In this document: in pieces, positions 25,701 through 38,472 of the stretch
Layout: every line of letters begins with the position of its first letter
Numbering within the stretch: the stretch's first letter is position 1
From: Microbotryum violaceum
Taxonomy: Eukaryota
Direction of reading: 5' to 3'
Length of the DNA stretch: 64,000 bases
Assembly (NCBI GenBank): GCA_001244265.2
Contig: CDLV01000011.1
Span: 1,488,001-1,552,000, forward strand
Made by a program: the position numbers and the translations under genes
Notes under the pieces: generated by a model
What the model was told of the DNA's origin: nothing
Seen by the model: only the letters and a program-made list of their open reading frames with translations
Databases searched by the model: none

Positions 25701-28700
25701 TTACTCAGCGCTCCACCAACCGGATTCGTCAACGATCAAGGCACGACCCTCCAAAGTACTTGGGGTAGGTGAGTTTGAAGTGCGACGATCCGTTGCAGTT
25801 CTGATCGTCGCGGTCGAGCTGCCTGTCCTCTGTGGCTTCAGTGTCTCAGGGGACGGGTAATGCTGAGCTCCAGCCACGTAAGGCATAAAGTTCTGTGCTG
25901 CCGAACGAGAAGGCGTCGCCGATCTGGACACCGATGACGACGATCGCATCGAACCCATACGCAAAGCATCCGATAACTCAAGATTAAGTGTCTCCAACCG
26001 CTCATTATCCTGTGACAGCTCGTTGCGCTCCTGTTCGAGCGTGCGGATACGAGCATCCTTGCCCTCAAACTCGCGCGTGACGGTCTCCCGCACGGCCTCG
26101 AGTTCATTCTCGGTCGTACGGCGGTACTCGGTCGAGTCGCGAGTAAGGAGCTCCCTGACGGCTTCGCTGGCTGCAAGGCGCTCTTCAAGGGAGGTCTTGG
26201 CCGCTTCGAGGTCGACAATTCGAGCTTCGGCGGCGCCCACCTCGGCAGCTCGTTTCCTCAGATCGACGGCGCGTTGATTCGCCTGGGCCAGTGCTTGCTG
26301 CTGCTTCGATTTGAGCAGCTGCAACGACACGATCTTGTCGTCCTAATTATTTAAACAAAATAGTCGGAGCGAGTCAGCGTGACTCGCTTTAAGAAGTCGG
26401 CGAAATTCCACTGACTTGTACAGCAATTCGCTTCTCCAGAGCACCGACCTCCCCGGAGAGTTTCGCCGTTGCTTCGCGTTCGATTCGCCTCTGTTGATCA
26501 TCCTCATGCTTCTGGTTTGAGAGCTTCTCGTGCGCTTCTCGCAGCTCACCGAGCTCGGCCGTAAGGCGACTATTCTCTGCGAGCAGCAAGCGGACTTCCG
26601 TTGCCGAGAGCTCGGCGCCGGCTTTGGTTCGATCGAGCTCGTCGCGCATCAATGACAGCGCTTGTCTGTGTTCGACTTCATTAAGTCTATCTGAATCTTG
26701 ACGTAACGTGAGGGACGCGAGTGCGGTTTCGAGCTGAGCAGAATGTGACGTCGACGAGACCAGGGCTTGCTCCAGTCGACCGATCGCAGCAGTCAGCATC
26801 GCTTTTTCCTCGTCAACCACACGATCAACATCCTTCCTTCGATCAATCTCGGCCTTGAGCTCGTCGATCCGGGCTGTCCAGGTCCCACGTTCTAGCTCGA
26901 ACCGCTCCATCATCGTCGCTTTCTCGGATCGAGCTTTGCCGTAATCGCTGCGTGCTTTCGCCAGCTGCAACTCGAGGTCCGCCACGTTGGCCACGGCATC
27001 AGTGCTGAGCATGACGTTCTTAACTTGGGACTCTATTCTATCTCCAAGTTGGTGGAGTTGTTGCGACAAATACGCCTCGAGTGACTTGAATGCAAGATGC
27101 AACGACTGCTGATTCGCACCAATTTCTGAGCCGTCGCGCTCGAGTTTCTGATGAGCCTCCACCAGGGCTTCGAGGGACTTGGACCATACATCTCTCGGTT
27201 GAGCCGATCGGATTTCTGCAGCAATCCTTTCGATGAGGACGTCAATATCGAAGGATGACGCGATGGTTGAAAGCTTGACCTCTTGCGCTAGGTCGTCCAA
27301 GCGGGGTTGCAAGTCCGAGACGAGCTGGGATGACACCCTGTGAACATCGAATGAGCCCCCGGCGGCTACGGTGGCCGACGAGGATCGTAGAGACGCAATG
27401 CGCTCGAACAACGAATCGACATCAGCCGAGCTAGCGCTCGAGTTCTTGAGGTCGTCGAGTAACGAGACAGCATTCTTGAGCAGCGCGGTGGAGCTTTCGA
27501 CCTTGTCAGAAATATGCTGCGCAAAGCCCGCAGTTTCTCCAGGCAGCGGGGTCTCGATGATCGAATCGGTACGGCGGGAAGCGGCAAAAGCCTTGTGGAG
27601 GGGTTGCGTTGCCATCTCGACCGCTTTGGTGATTTCTCGTGATGTGACACCGGTGGGGAGGGCTGCGCGGTCGACGGTAAGACTTCGCTCATCCAAGAGC
27701 TTGGCCACGGCGTTCACGACGTCGTCTCGCAGCAAGGAGACCAGCTCGGGCGTGAGGGGAGCTGGCGAAGGTCTCGAGTCGAAACCTCGGCCCTCTTCGA
27801 GCCATTGTTGCACCGCAGATCCAAGAGAGTCTCGGGTAAGTCGTTGACCATCTTCGAGTGCCTCGTGAAGTTTCGTCAGTTGTTTCTCGATGTTGTCTGC
27901 ACCTACGATCCGGGCGTCGGCAATCGAGGCGACAACGCGACCGATTAGATCGCCCAATAGGCCATCGCGATCCTCAAGCTCGGATTTGGCTCTTTCGGCG
28001 ACCTTCTTCGCAAGGGCCGACTGCAACGCACTGAAGTAACCGGCGAGCAGGTTCTCGAGGATCTGAAGTGGACTCTCGCCAAGTTCGCTTTCGAGATCGG
28101 TGTCGTCCAAAGTCGATTCAAGTTCCAAAGACGAGTCTTCCGATACGACCGAGAAGGCATCTTCTTGTTCCTGTCCGATCTGAGAGTGAGCCAAATAGAT
28201 TTGTGAACGGGAGAATCTCGGGAGCCTGCTGCTCCTCGGAAACTTACTTGATCATGGGGGATCATTTGTTCTCTACCTCTTTCCCACCGGTGTTCCGCTT
28301 GCGGGTCTAAGGCTGAAGAAGGAACAGCTGCGTCCGCATCTATTGCCACCCCAAACCCGGGAGCACCACTCGTGCCCGCTTCACGACGTCGGCTAGGATG
28401 CGTCGCGAGAACGAGAGGCGCGCTTGATGCGCGCACGTCCAGAACGGCTGAAGGACGCTCGGCGCTGAACGACGCAGCAGTACGAAGCATGGTGGGATGC
28501 GGCAGTATCGACTTGGCTTCCGACTTGGACAAATGGTCCACACTGTCAGATATGTGCAATAAGTACTGAGAAGCGGAGTTACGAGTCGGAGACGGTGACA
28601 TGAGGGGCGCATCGACATCATGCTCGCGATCAACTTCGGCGAGAGTGGGGTTCTTTGAGAACGGTGACCGTAGCTCCAAGTGGCTCTTGGATCTCTGCAA

Positions 28701-31299
28701 GGTCTCTCCTGAACCGTCATTGAGCTTTTGCCTTTTGGTGTGGGTGATGACTGAAGCCATAGAAGCGGAGACGGGCCGAAGGGGAGTCGGTTGAATCACT
28801 TCGATCACAGGTCCGTCAGCATCGGCCGGGGTGCGAGTCGGTGACGAGATGGGTTCCTGGGCTAGGGTCGTATATTGAGGCGCATGGGCAGGAGGTTGAA
28901 AATTAAACGCATGGGATTGGCCAGTGTAGCTAAGACCCAGACAAGACGTCGGTTGGAAAGTGCCGGCCAGAGGATTCAGAGACGCTGCCGACAAAGTCGA
29001 CAGTGGTGGCTGTGCCTGCACGGCCGCGTCTTCGTCGGTCGCGGCAAGTGAGCCGGGAGTACCTGGCTCACCGAATATCTCGCCAAGTTGAAATCCAGGT
29101 TGGCGAGCTTGCGAGGCGAATAGGGCAGAAGCGGCAGAAGCGCCAAAGACGAACTCAGGAGCGGCGATATTTAGCGACGACTTCTTCACCGGTACGGAAT
29201 CCTGCGTCGCCACGGGAACATCTTGTGAAGCATAGACTGTCTTGTAGGGCTGAGGGGGAGCCAAATTGTCCCCTTGAATACCCCGAGGTGGAAAGGAGAA
29301 ATTGTGGGTCATCTTGTGAGGCGTGAGGCTGTGGACACCTTTGGGAACGGCCAGCGGTGAGGTGGAAGGCGGAGTGCGGTCGACGTCCGGCGGAGCTTCG
29401 AAAATAATTAAGCCTTGAGACTTGGGCGTAGCGATGGACGTGTCAGTGAACAGCTTTGGTGTTACTCCAACTTTAAGGGTAGATACGGAGGACTGTCGTG
29501 GATTTCGGTCGGTCTCAGCTTCTCCGAGTGTGTCAGTGAGGCCGCTCCCCGAGCTTCCTGCCTTAATAGCCCGTGCGAGATTTCCATCGTTTGGACGATT
29601 CGCTTCAAGCGACTTTGTGTTTTGATCGGTCAGTGATTGTGGCTCGCCCGTGATGCCGGGTCTCATTCCCCGTTCGAGCTGGTCCAAAACTTTGGGAGCT
29701 GTTGCCGCGAGCGACTGCGCCCAATGAGGGATTGTGAACCCGCGGGAGACGGACTGGGATGAAGCGTGGCGCGTTAACGATTCGATGGCGTTTTGGAATC
29801 GTGGAGGAAAGGATGGCCGATTGTTGAAGAGTGAGTTCGAACGTTGATGTCCTCCAGGAGAGAACGCGCTGGGGATGCGATCGAGGAAAGAGCCGAAACG
29901 ACCCGACAAGAGAGGTGAGCGACCTTGCGACGGTGATTGGGGTGACTGATAATAGCAACAAGATCACGTTGAGTAAATTTGGTCCCAAAGTCCCAAAACA
30001 ACATGAAACTGGGCTGTTTGACTTACCACTGGTATGCCAATGTGCTCCCGTACATCCTGCCATGCATCCTGGCCGGGCAAAAATATTTCGATCGTGGGCG
30101 GGAGCGAGTTGATGCGAACCTCGTCAAAATGCACGTGACGTGAGGTGACATCTTCAACAAGGAGATCGATGTCGAACACAAGTTCTTCAAGCATCAAACG
30201 CTTCTCCTCGTCCTGTATGGGTCTGCGCACGAAGATACTAGCCTTCTTTTTGTCTTGCGGCGCCGCATTGGCGCCCTCGTTCGCTTTCTTCGAATTGCCG
30301 ACACTCGACGACCCCTCCTCTAGACCATTCTCATTGGGAAATCGGACGTGGACAGCCTTCTTCTTCTTCTCAGATCCCGAAGCTGTAGAATTCGCACTCG
30401 GACTGACGCTCACAGCGCGACCATGCGCCCGTTGTGGTCCGGCCCCACCAGGCCTCAAGGACGTGCTGCTTTGTTTCGGATAAGGTTTGCCGTGCTGTGG
30501 TGGCTGCTGGCGCGACTGGAAGCCGACGGGATGAAACGAAGGCGTGTTGGCGTGACCTATACGACTCCTGGGCAGTCCAGAAGGTTGAACGCCAAAGTAA
30601 CCCCCACCGCCTTCATCTCCTTGATTCCTCGAGAGGGGCCGATTAAACGCGTTCGGAGGAAAGGGAGAAGCGAGTGGAGACATTGATGGAGCATACGAAG
30701 ACGATTGAACGGATTCTGCGGGTGATGCAAGGTTCCCATGGATAGACGCCGCCGTCCCGGGAAGGAAGAAGCGCGCTTCGGGGTTGAACAGGATCGGTCT
30801 AATGACATTGGACGTGGCGCTCGAAGAAGCGATTGATGACGAGCCCGATGGCGATCGGACCATCGGCGAAGGATGGCCAGAGATGATAGGGGTGCCACCG
30901 TATCCGTACGCGTATTGTGGATTTGGTCTCAGAGGCTCTCCAGGGTACCCACGTTGAGGCTGAAACATGCTAGGATGCGAGTTTGGATAGTACGGCGCGG
31001 CGAGACCATTCGCAAGAGCCTCGCTCATCTGCTGTGGAGCGTGCGGAAGGAGCGGGTTAGGCGAGGATGGCCCATGGTATTCGACGATGAAGGGCTGTGG
31101 GATCTTCAAGTAGGATAGAAAAGTAGTTTGACTCTTTGTTTCAGCTGCTTGGTGCCGTATTGATCAGAAGGGCATATCATGACGCGGGCGAAAGAGGAGG
31201 TGGGGTGTGGTGGGGGAGTAGAGGACCGTCCTCAGCCAACTCCACTGCACTAACCTGATGTACTGGGGGTATGCGAAGGTGCGGGAGGTCTGGAGCCAT
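25701..31299 (-). CDS. UPA2: Upa2-like multi-PAM2 coiled-coil protein with a C-terminal GWW motif (endosomal mRNA transport); first exon uncertain
   Basis: ORFs 29964-31109, 27945-29909, 26389-28194 and 25701-26330 join through phase-0 GT-AG introns. PAM2-like motifs LFNPEARFFLP, SSLNIAAPEFVF and SLNPLAGTFQP; long coiled coil; ends DESGWWSAE*. Confidence 0.8.
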
Positions 31300-31615
31300 C
31301 TCACAAGAAAGAAAAGCTGACACGACATAGATTGCGGTGGTAGAAAAGAGTGTGGAGACTCGTTACGCGCCCAGAGCTTCTCGGAATCGTGGCCTCCCCG
31401 TGCAGCGCGAAAGGGGCTCGAGCACAACGCGTTCGGTCACGTGTCACGTGTCACTGGAACAGACCGGGCCTTGATTCCGCGCGTGCGGTCCGACCTCGCT
31501 AGATATGCAAGTGCAATGGTTGCGACACGTGGGTTTTCTTAAACAGCTTAGGAAAATTAGGAAGAGTTACTGGAAAAATATGGTCATTGCATGTTATTCC
31601 CCCGTAAGATGGCTC

Positions 31616-33948
31616 TCAAACCGTGTATCGGAACCCAGGCGCAAAGTCGAGCTCTTGAATGGTGTTGAGAGTGACGCCGGTTTTCGGTGTTCCCTCGATC
31701 GTGTCCCGACGTCTGTTCTCCATACGAAAGAACATGGTCAAACAGACCGCGATCGTGAAACCCAGACCTTGGAATGCCAAGTTGAGGGTGATACCCTCGC
31801 GGTAGTCGGGCCCTTGACGCGAGGGAAAAGCAAAAGCGGCGACGATTGAGAGACATTGACCGACCGTATTGAGCATCCCTAGCCCAATCGCACGTTGGGA
31901 CTCGCTGCCGGTGTTTGCTGTCACCCAGGCAATGATGAGAGGGATCGCACTAAAAAGACTTCAACTCCCATGAGCTCCCCATGGGTCACACACGCACAAG
32001 ACATCTAGAGACCAACTGACCCGTAAGCCGCAGTTACCACGAGAATGCATCCAACGTAGCGCAGCTCGAATTGTGAGTTCGAGGCATTGACCGCTCGTGT
32101 ACCGAGCAAGACACTCCACCCTGCGATTCCGATCAAGAAAACCCCGGCGGTGGCAACACCACGACTCTGCGTCCGATCCGAAACAGAGGACAAAGCGAAC
32201 GTCGTTCCCAGAGCTACGAGATAAGGGCTTCCAAAGGCAAGGAGTGTCAGCTCGATCGTGGCCTCAAGACCAGACATTTATCTACTTACGGGATGGTCCA
32301 CAGTTGGGCGTCGGTTGCCGTGTAACCGAGGTCCCGGATGATGGTGGGTAGAAAACCTGCAACCGAACCAAGCGTCAAGTTCATGCAGGAGTACATTCTG
32401 AAGACCAGGCAGAAGGCATCAGAAGGTGCTAATCAACAAGAGAGAAAAACCCGAGCCTGCAAAAGCTCACATGGCGAAGGTGTACGTCTTCCAGTCAAAT
32501 AGTGCGCGGCGGACCCCGTTCCACTTGATCCCGCTCGTCGCCTCGTAGGTGGACTGATCGTTCATTCGAGCACGGGAAAGCGCTCGCTCCGCTTCCGTCA
32601 AGAACTGGGACTTGGAAGGTCGAGATGGATAACAGAAAAAGACGACGATGGCGAGCAATACGCTCGGTAAACCCTCCCTAGGTGGTAAGACGTCTTCAAA
32701 ATCAGTATACAGCAGATTGCTCGGTGAATATCTATGGACATCCACCCACATCAAGAACAGTATGCGCCAAGGCTGTATTGCTGTCTGACCCAAGCGTCCG
32801 ATCCCATAGGCGATCAGGCCAGAGAATGCTCCCGCTAGTGCTCCACCAGACAAAACCAAGCTAACACGTTTCGATAGCTCGGGTTTGGTGTACCAAAGAC
32901 TAATCATAGAAAGAACTTGCCGTTACGGATGGTTCAACAATCATATGAAGCTCCTTTCTGAGACTCACGAGAGGTGAAATGCCATCACCTGTCCGAACAT
33001 CGCTTCGCCGACGCCAACAAAGCAGCGCGCCGTGTAGAGTCCATACGGGGTCCGTGCGGCAGCTTGACAAGTGGCGGCGATGGACCAGACGAGAGCACCA
33101 CTTGAGATACACGTTGCCGCATCGATCGCTTTCCCCAGCAGGGTTCCCGGTATGGACAGAATAATGTAGGTTACGCTGGGGCGTTGGGCCACGAGAGCGT
33201 CAGCAGCGCTGCGGTGGGGGTGGCGCAACGAATTGCGGCACCGTGTCGCATATCGAAATGACGCACAAGAAGCAAGACAATGCGATGGAATAAGCTGTAT
33301 CGCTATTATTGAGGACCTGTACGTCGAGGCCCTGAAGTCGCGCAGATCCCAGGTTGCTGCGGTCTGACAGGGGTGGTTTTAGGGCTCAGGGGCCGGACTT
33401 CAGCGCTTCAGCTCCCGGTCGCTGGATGACTTGGGGAGACCCGACGGGCCGACCGGTTACGTCCCCCGGGAGGTCATCGTTCCGGTCATGAACAAGAGTG
33501 ACTCACCGAGGTGTGAAGCTAGGTACAGGAGGAGTGCCATAGGTAGTATCACAGCATCTGTTGGTCCAGTTAAGTGCTTAGTTAAAATTGATATGGGCTA
33601 TGAGTGCAAAAACCACGGTCGAGGGGGCGTCCCGTGAAACGTGGGGTCTCGCCTGCCTGCAGTGCATCCACGACGAGCGGGTGGAGTGGCGGCGAACGAT
33701 GGCGATTCATCAGGGTCCGATCTCGACCACCCACCTTGTTTGCGTACCAGTCGCATCTCAGCTGTGGCTCGAGCGGCGCGAAGTCGTAAGACGGTGTCCA
33801 ATGAGCAAGCAGAGTCCTCTAGCTGGTGCTCGCCGAGTGGATCGACCTGAGCTTGCGTGCCGGGCAGGGTGCTGCTGAAGATTTGAAGACTGGGCGCAGG
33901 CGACTCGGCCAGCTCGAGCCTGCGCATCGCGAGCTCACGCTTGTCCAT
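31616..33948 (-). CDS. MFS transporter, anion:cation symporter (Tna1/Dal5-like) family, tandem copy 1
   Basis: Motifs DRSNLGSARLQGL, ARCFVGVGEA, LWYTKPELSKR, WRILFL.EGLPS and ENRRRD; intact spliced frame. Confidence 0.9.
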
Positions 33949-34470
33949 GCGTTCCGTCTTCAAGCGTGTCAACGAGATGTCGAACGAAGCCAGGGTGGTG
34001 GGTGATCGGATGGGTGCGACGGACGGAGGTCAAGCGCCAAGCTTTCGAAGGCACCACAGAAATGTGGGGCAGCGGAGTTAGTCGACTTCCGCCGAGCGGT
34101 CTCAGGAGTACTTGTTGTGGGAAATTAGTAAAGGGTCAGCGGTCCAGAGGGACTTGTGGCATTGGGAAGTTGGCGCGCGCGTGGCGCGGCGCCGGATGGA
34201 GGCAGATGGCGGTGTGGCATTGGACTCAGAGGTGGCTTGCACGCGGATACTATCTAAGGCTCGGGTCTCGTTCACTCTCTCCTTCTTCTTTAACACACAC
34301 TCGATATCTATCTCGCCCATTCGCCTGCTACAAGTTGATTGACCTTGGCGATACTCTATCTCACAATAGGTCATCTATCAACGCCGTGTAGCTACAGCGA
34401 ATCTTCATTCATTCATTGGTACTCCAAGTCCAAATCCACAACAGTACCAACCCGGGAGCTTCAGGCCTCC

Positions 34471-34517
34471 AGATTCTGTCTTTGAACAAGACTAGCTGGA
34501 ATTTTTGACTTAAAACT
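34471..34517. promoter_or_regulatory. Conserved 47-bp non-coding element upstream of MFS copy 1
   Basis: 41/47 ungapped identity to 38426-38472, which lies upstream of copy 2. Confidence 0.55.
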
Positions 34518-35036
34518 ATGAATACAGCTGACGCGGTATGATATATCACAAGCTACTATGCCGTGTCATGGCAAAGTAATGCGGATGGTACTTGAAGGCT
34601 AATCCAACAGCGTCAGCCATCGATCTCCTGCGATCCGAAACCGTCACTGACCGACTCCCACTTCCCGAGGAGGGATTGAAAGGCACGAGATTGCTCTCGA
34701 GCCTCACTGGTTCCGAGTCCAAACTGAAAGGATCAAACGGTGTAATTCGCAGGCGAAGAAAGACTATTAAAAGGACTAAGGTCAAGAGACGCGGCGGCGC
34801 CGCGCCCGAGGGCAAGCGTGAGGCCGCAGAGGTCGGCTCGAGGTCGTCGTGAGGCGTAAGCGGAGCGGCGCCTTACAGGGATCAGATAAATTATAGCGTT
34901 CTCGCATCTTCAAAATGCTACGTAGTGCGCATCATATGAGTCAACAAAACGCCAAAAAGGCATCTCCATGACTAGACATCCAGCCTAAACAAGGGGCTTA
35001 CTCATGTCGTAGAAACGGTGCAAGCGCGGAGGATTG

Positions 35037-35180
35037 TCTTCCGATAGGAGAGAAGTAGCGACGCCGAAAAAGTAGGACCCCAATGTAGAACGAGCGATAA
35101 CACTATTCCAGTAACTGATCTTCCGATAGGAAAAAGGTAGCCACGCCGAGAAGTCAGGACCACAATGTAAAGCGAGTAAC
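35037..35180. repeat. Imperfect tandem repeat, period 82 bp (about 2 copies)
   Basis: TCTTCCGATAGGA..AGTAGC.ACGCCGA.AAGT..GGACC.CAATGTA starts at both 35037 and 35119. Confidence 0.8.
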
Positions 35181-35332
35181 GAGAAAGTTACCAAGAGTAA
35201 ACAGCCGCGCGGAAGAAAGCCCCGCCGATTTCTAGCTTTGACAGATCAAGCTCCAATACTCAAGTTACTGATAACTAAACGCACGCGCACCCGCACAGAG
35301 GCCCCAGGCACAGACACATATCAAGTAACAGC

Positions 35333-38169
35333 TCACATGACGTAGCGGAAACCAGTCGCCAGGTCGAATTCTTCTCGGGTGTTCAGCAGAGTGCCATACA
35401 GAGGAGTGCCTTCCAGCTCGTTCCGGCGTCGGTTCTCCAAGCGGAAGTAGAGTGTCAAGAAGAGCGCGATCAAAAGCCCGAGCGCTTGAAACGACAAGTT
35501 GATAAGGATTCCTTCGCGGTATTGAGGTCCTTGCTTGGAGGGGAAGCTGAACGCCGCCAAGATCGCCAGCGCTTGACCGATGGTGTTGAGCATACCTAAT
35601 GCGACTACGCGCTGCGATTCGTTGCCAGTGTTTGCCGAGACCCAAGACACAATGATGGGGATCGCGCTATCGGGAATGTTAAGAATTAACCCAGTGGATT
35701 AGCTTATGTCGGGGTGCCACAACTTAAAGAAGGTACGGCGATCCGCTTCTCGATAGGTAACTCACCTGTAGCCGGCCATCACGATACAAATGCAAGCGAA
35801 GTACCGAGCGTGGAGCTGTCCATAGGTCGCTCCATGCGCCGGGATCACGTAGAGGAGTCCCCATCCGACCAGACCGATGCCAAAGACCAAGGCAACAGGG
35901 AGACCTCGACTCTGCTTGCGATCGGAAAAGGTAGACAGGAACAACATGCAGACGAGTGCGGCGAGGTAAGGTCTGGGCAAGTCCAAGCACGTCTCGAGTC
36001 AGCCTTATTGGGCCGAATGATACACTCGACAACTGTCTCTTGAAGCTATGTGGATGTGACCTCTAACACAGCTAAGTGTGCCTCAGCGCCACCCGTTCGT
36101 TGAGTCGATCGGGACAAGTGTTAGGTCGAAACGCGATTAGGAGCGACACCTTGGGCATGGGAAACCTCCCAACCGACGGTCGAATCCCAAGACACTTCGA
36201 TATCCCGGTCGACACAGAAAGACTTCGTCCAGGGCGCGCAAAAAGACGCCAAGCTTTGTAGCCCCACCAAGCTGGTCGCTTCAGCGTCTCATATCAAACT
36301 TACGGTACTGTGAGGAGCTGAGCATTCTGGGCAGTGTACCCCAGTCCTTTGACGATGGTCGGTAAGAAGCCTCCGACGGATCCGAGAGTTAAGTTCATGC
36401 AAGAAAACATGCTACAGTCTCGATTGAGCAGCGGGGCATGCCAGCGTAAACGTCAGCTGGATCGTGTGTTGTAAAGTTGGATACAGGGGGAAAAATTGAC
36501 ATACACGGCGAACACATACGTCTTCCAGTCCTTGAAAGCGCGGCGAACTCCAGACCATTCGATGCCGCAAGACACTTCGAACGAAGACTGCTCCTCGAGG
36601 CGGAGGCGTGCGAGCTTGCGCTCCTGCTCGTTCAGGAACTTGGAAGTTGCGGGACGAGTCGGGAGACAGAAGAAGACCGTGATCGCGAGCAGGAGTGACG
36701 GCAGCCCTTCACTGTCGCAGGGATCGTCGGAACAAGGGTTTGAGGTCAGCGAAGGGTGACAGTTGCTCGAAGTTGGTGCAGACTTGCATGAGAAACAGGA
36801 TCCGCCACTGCTGGAGGCTTGTGTTCTCCAAATGGGCAACACCATAGGCGATCAGACCGGAAAATGCCCCGGCTGTCGCACCGGCGCTGATGAACAAGCC
36901 GACCTGCCGCCACAATAAAGGAGCGACGAAAGACCATCACATCAGAATCGCTCGAAGTCGAGCCAGACCCTTTTGAAGACAACTCAAGAGAATCCCAAAT
37001 ATCCACTCACCCGACGCGCGAGCTCCTTTTTGGTGTACCACAACCTGAGGCGCGCAAAAGGTGTTAGAGGTCAGAATAGCCTTCTAATGCAGAGCCTTGC
37101 TCACCTCGAGCGACAATGAACAACTCACGAGAGATGGAAAGACATAGCCTGACCAAACAGAGCCTCACCGATGCCCACAAAAAGGCGTGCGACGTAGAAA
37201 CCGGTAGGGCTGGTCGCCGCCGCCTGGCATGAAGCGGCGATGGACCAAATGAGGGCGCCGATCGAAATGGAGGTGGACGGGCTCGTCGCTTTAGCGAGCA
37301 TGGTGCCGGGGATGGAGAATACGACGTAGGTGATACTGCATAGGAGATGATCAGGTACATCGGTTAGTGATCGCTAGGTATACGCGTCTAAAGATGTCCT
37401 TCGCGTGATCTCCGCTTCGCCGCTGGCGGAAAACGGGTGATCTGAATGCCGGGCCTTTTGTCGTCCGGGGAGCAACTCACAAAAAGCAAGAGAGGGCGAT
37501 GGAGTACTTAGTGTCATCGTTGTCGAGCACTTCCTTTTCGAGGCCTTGCAGACGCGCCGAGCCTAGGTTGCCGCGGTCTAGTTACAGAGATCCGTCCAAA
37601 CCGTCAGGGGTCAGTCGGAGAGTCGGCTGCCTACCCCCGGACTGAACTTGCGAATTCCGGGGCGATCGGACGAGATAATGGGTCCCAGGGAGGCACGTAC
37701 CGAGGTAAGCGGACAGATACAAGCACACTGCCAGAGGTATAATCACGAAATCTAGGCCCGCGGAAGGACAGAAACCACCCCTGAAGTGAGTAAAACATCT
37801 CGGAAATAAGGTGAGGGTAGGCTAGGCCGGCACTGCCGCGGGGCCCCTGAGACAGTGCTGCCGCGCTTCACAACCGCACGTTCCGGATTGGGTCACGGGA
37901 CGACGGCGGCAGCGACAAGTGACCCGTCGGCGAGCTGTACATGAACCGAGAGTAGTCAGAGTAATGAACCGACCTTGTTTGCGAACGAGCTTGCGTTCAG
38001 CAATGGCACGCAACGAGGTGGGATCGCGGCCATCACAGCTTTCGAAGGTCGTGAGAACGACCTTTTCGGGTTCTGACGAGTTAATTGAGGAGCTGAGCTT
38101 CGCTGGGTCGCTGGCGTGCATGGGCAGACGATCCTCAAAGTGTTGCATCTTGATCACGTCCTTTTGCAT
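35333..38169 (-). CDS. MFS transporter, ACS (Tna1/Dal5-like) family, tandem copy 2
   Basis: Same motifs as copy 1 (DRGNLGSARLQGL, LWYTKKELARRVGLF, WVSANTGNESQR); intact frame with one extra intron at 36904-37010. Confidence 0.9.
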
Positions 38170-38425
38170 TTGCTTTGAGATGACGCCTCACGACTCCAGG
38201 AAGGGAACGAGTGGCGAAGGAACGAAAGAGGAGGGAATGAGTGGCGGAGGAACTTGTTTGGGGGCACAAGCCAAGGTGCGATTTCTCCCAGAGGCTAAAG
38301 GAGGCTCGGGAGAAGCGAGTGCCGGAGTTATAGGAGAGACACGCGGGCACGGTCCTCGCACCTATGATATATGACTAGTGATGTATGATACATGTTATGG
38401 TGGTCCAGCGGATCTAGCGTTTGCT

Positions 38426-38472
38426 AGATTCTGCCTTTAAACAAGACTAGCTAGAATTCATGACTCAAAACT
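38426..38472. promoter_or_regulatory. Conserved 47-bp non-coding element upstream of MFS copy 2
   Basis: 41/47 identity to 34471-34517; an inverted partial copy lies at 39205-39226. Confidence 0.55.

Noticed and set aside
34987-35004. ACAAGGGGCTTACTC resembles the CR-V box of RNase MRP RNA
   Set aside because: I found no matching CR-I (GAAAGTCCCC-like) partner upstream to form P4. An Infernal scan would settle it.
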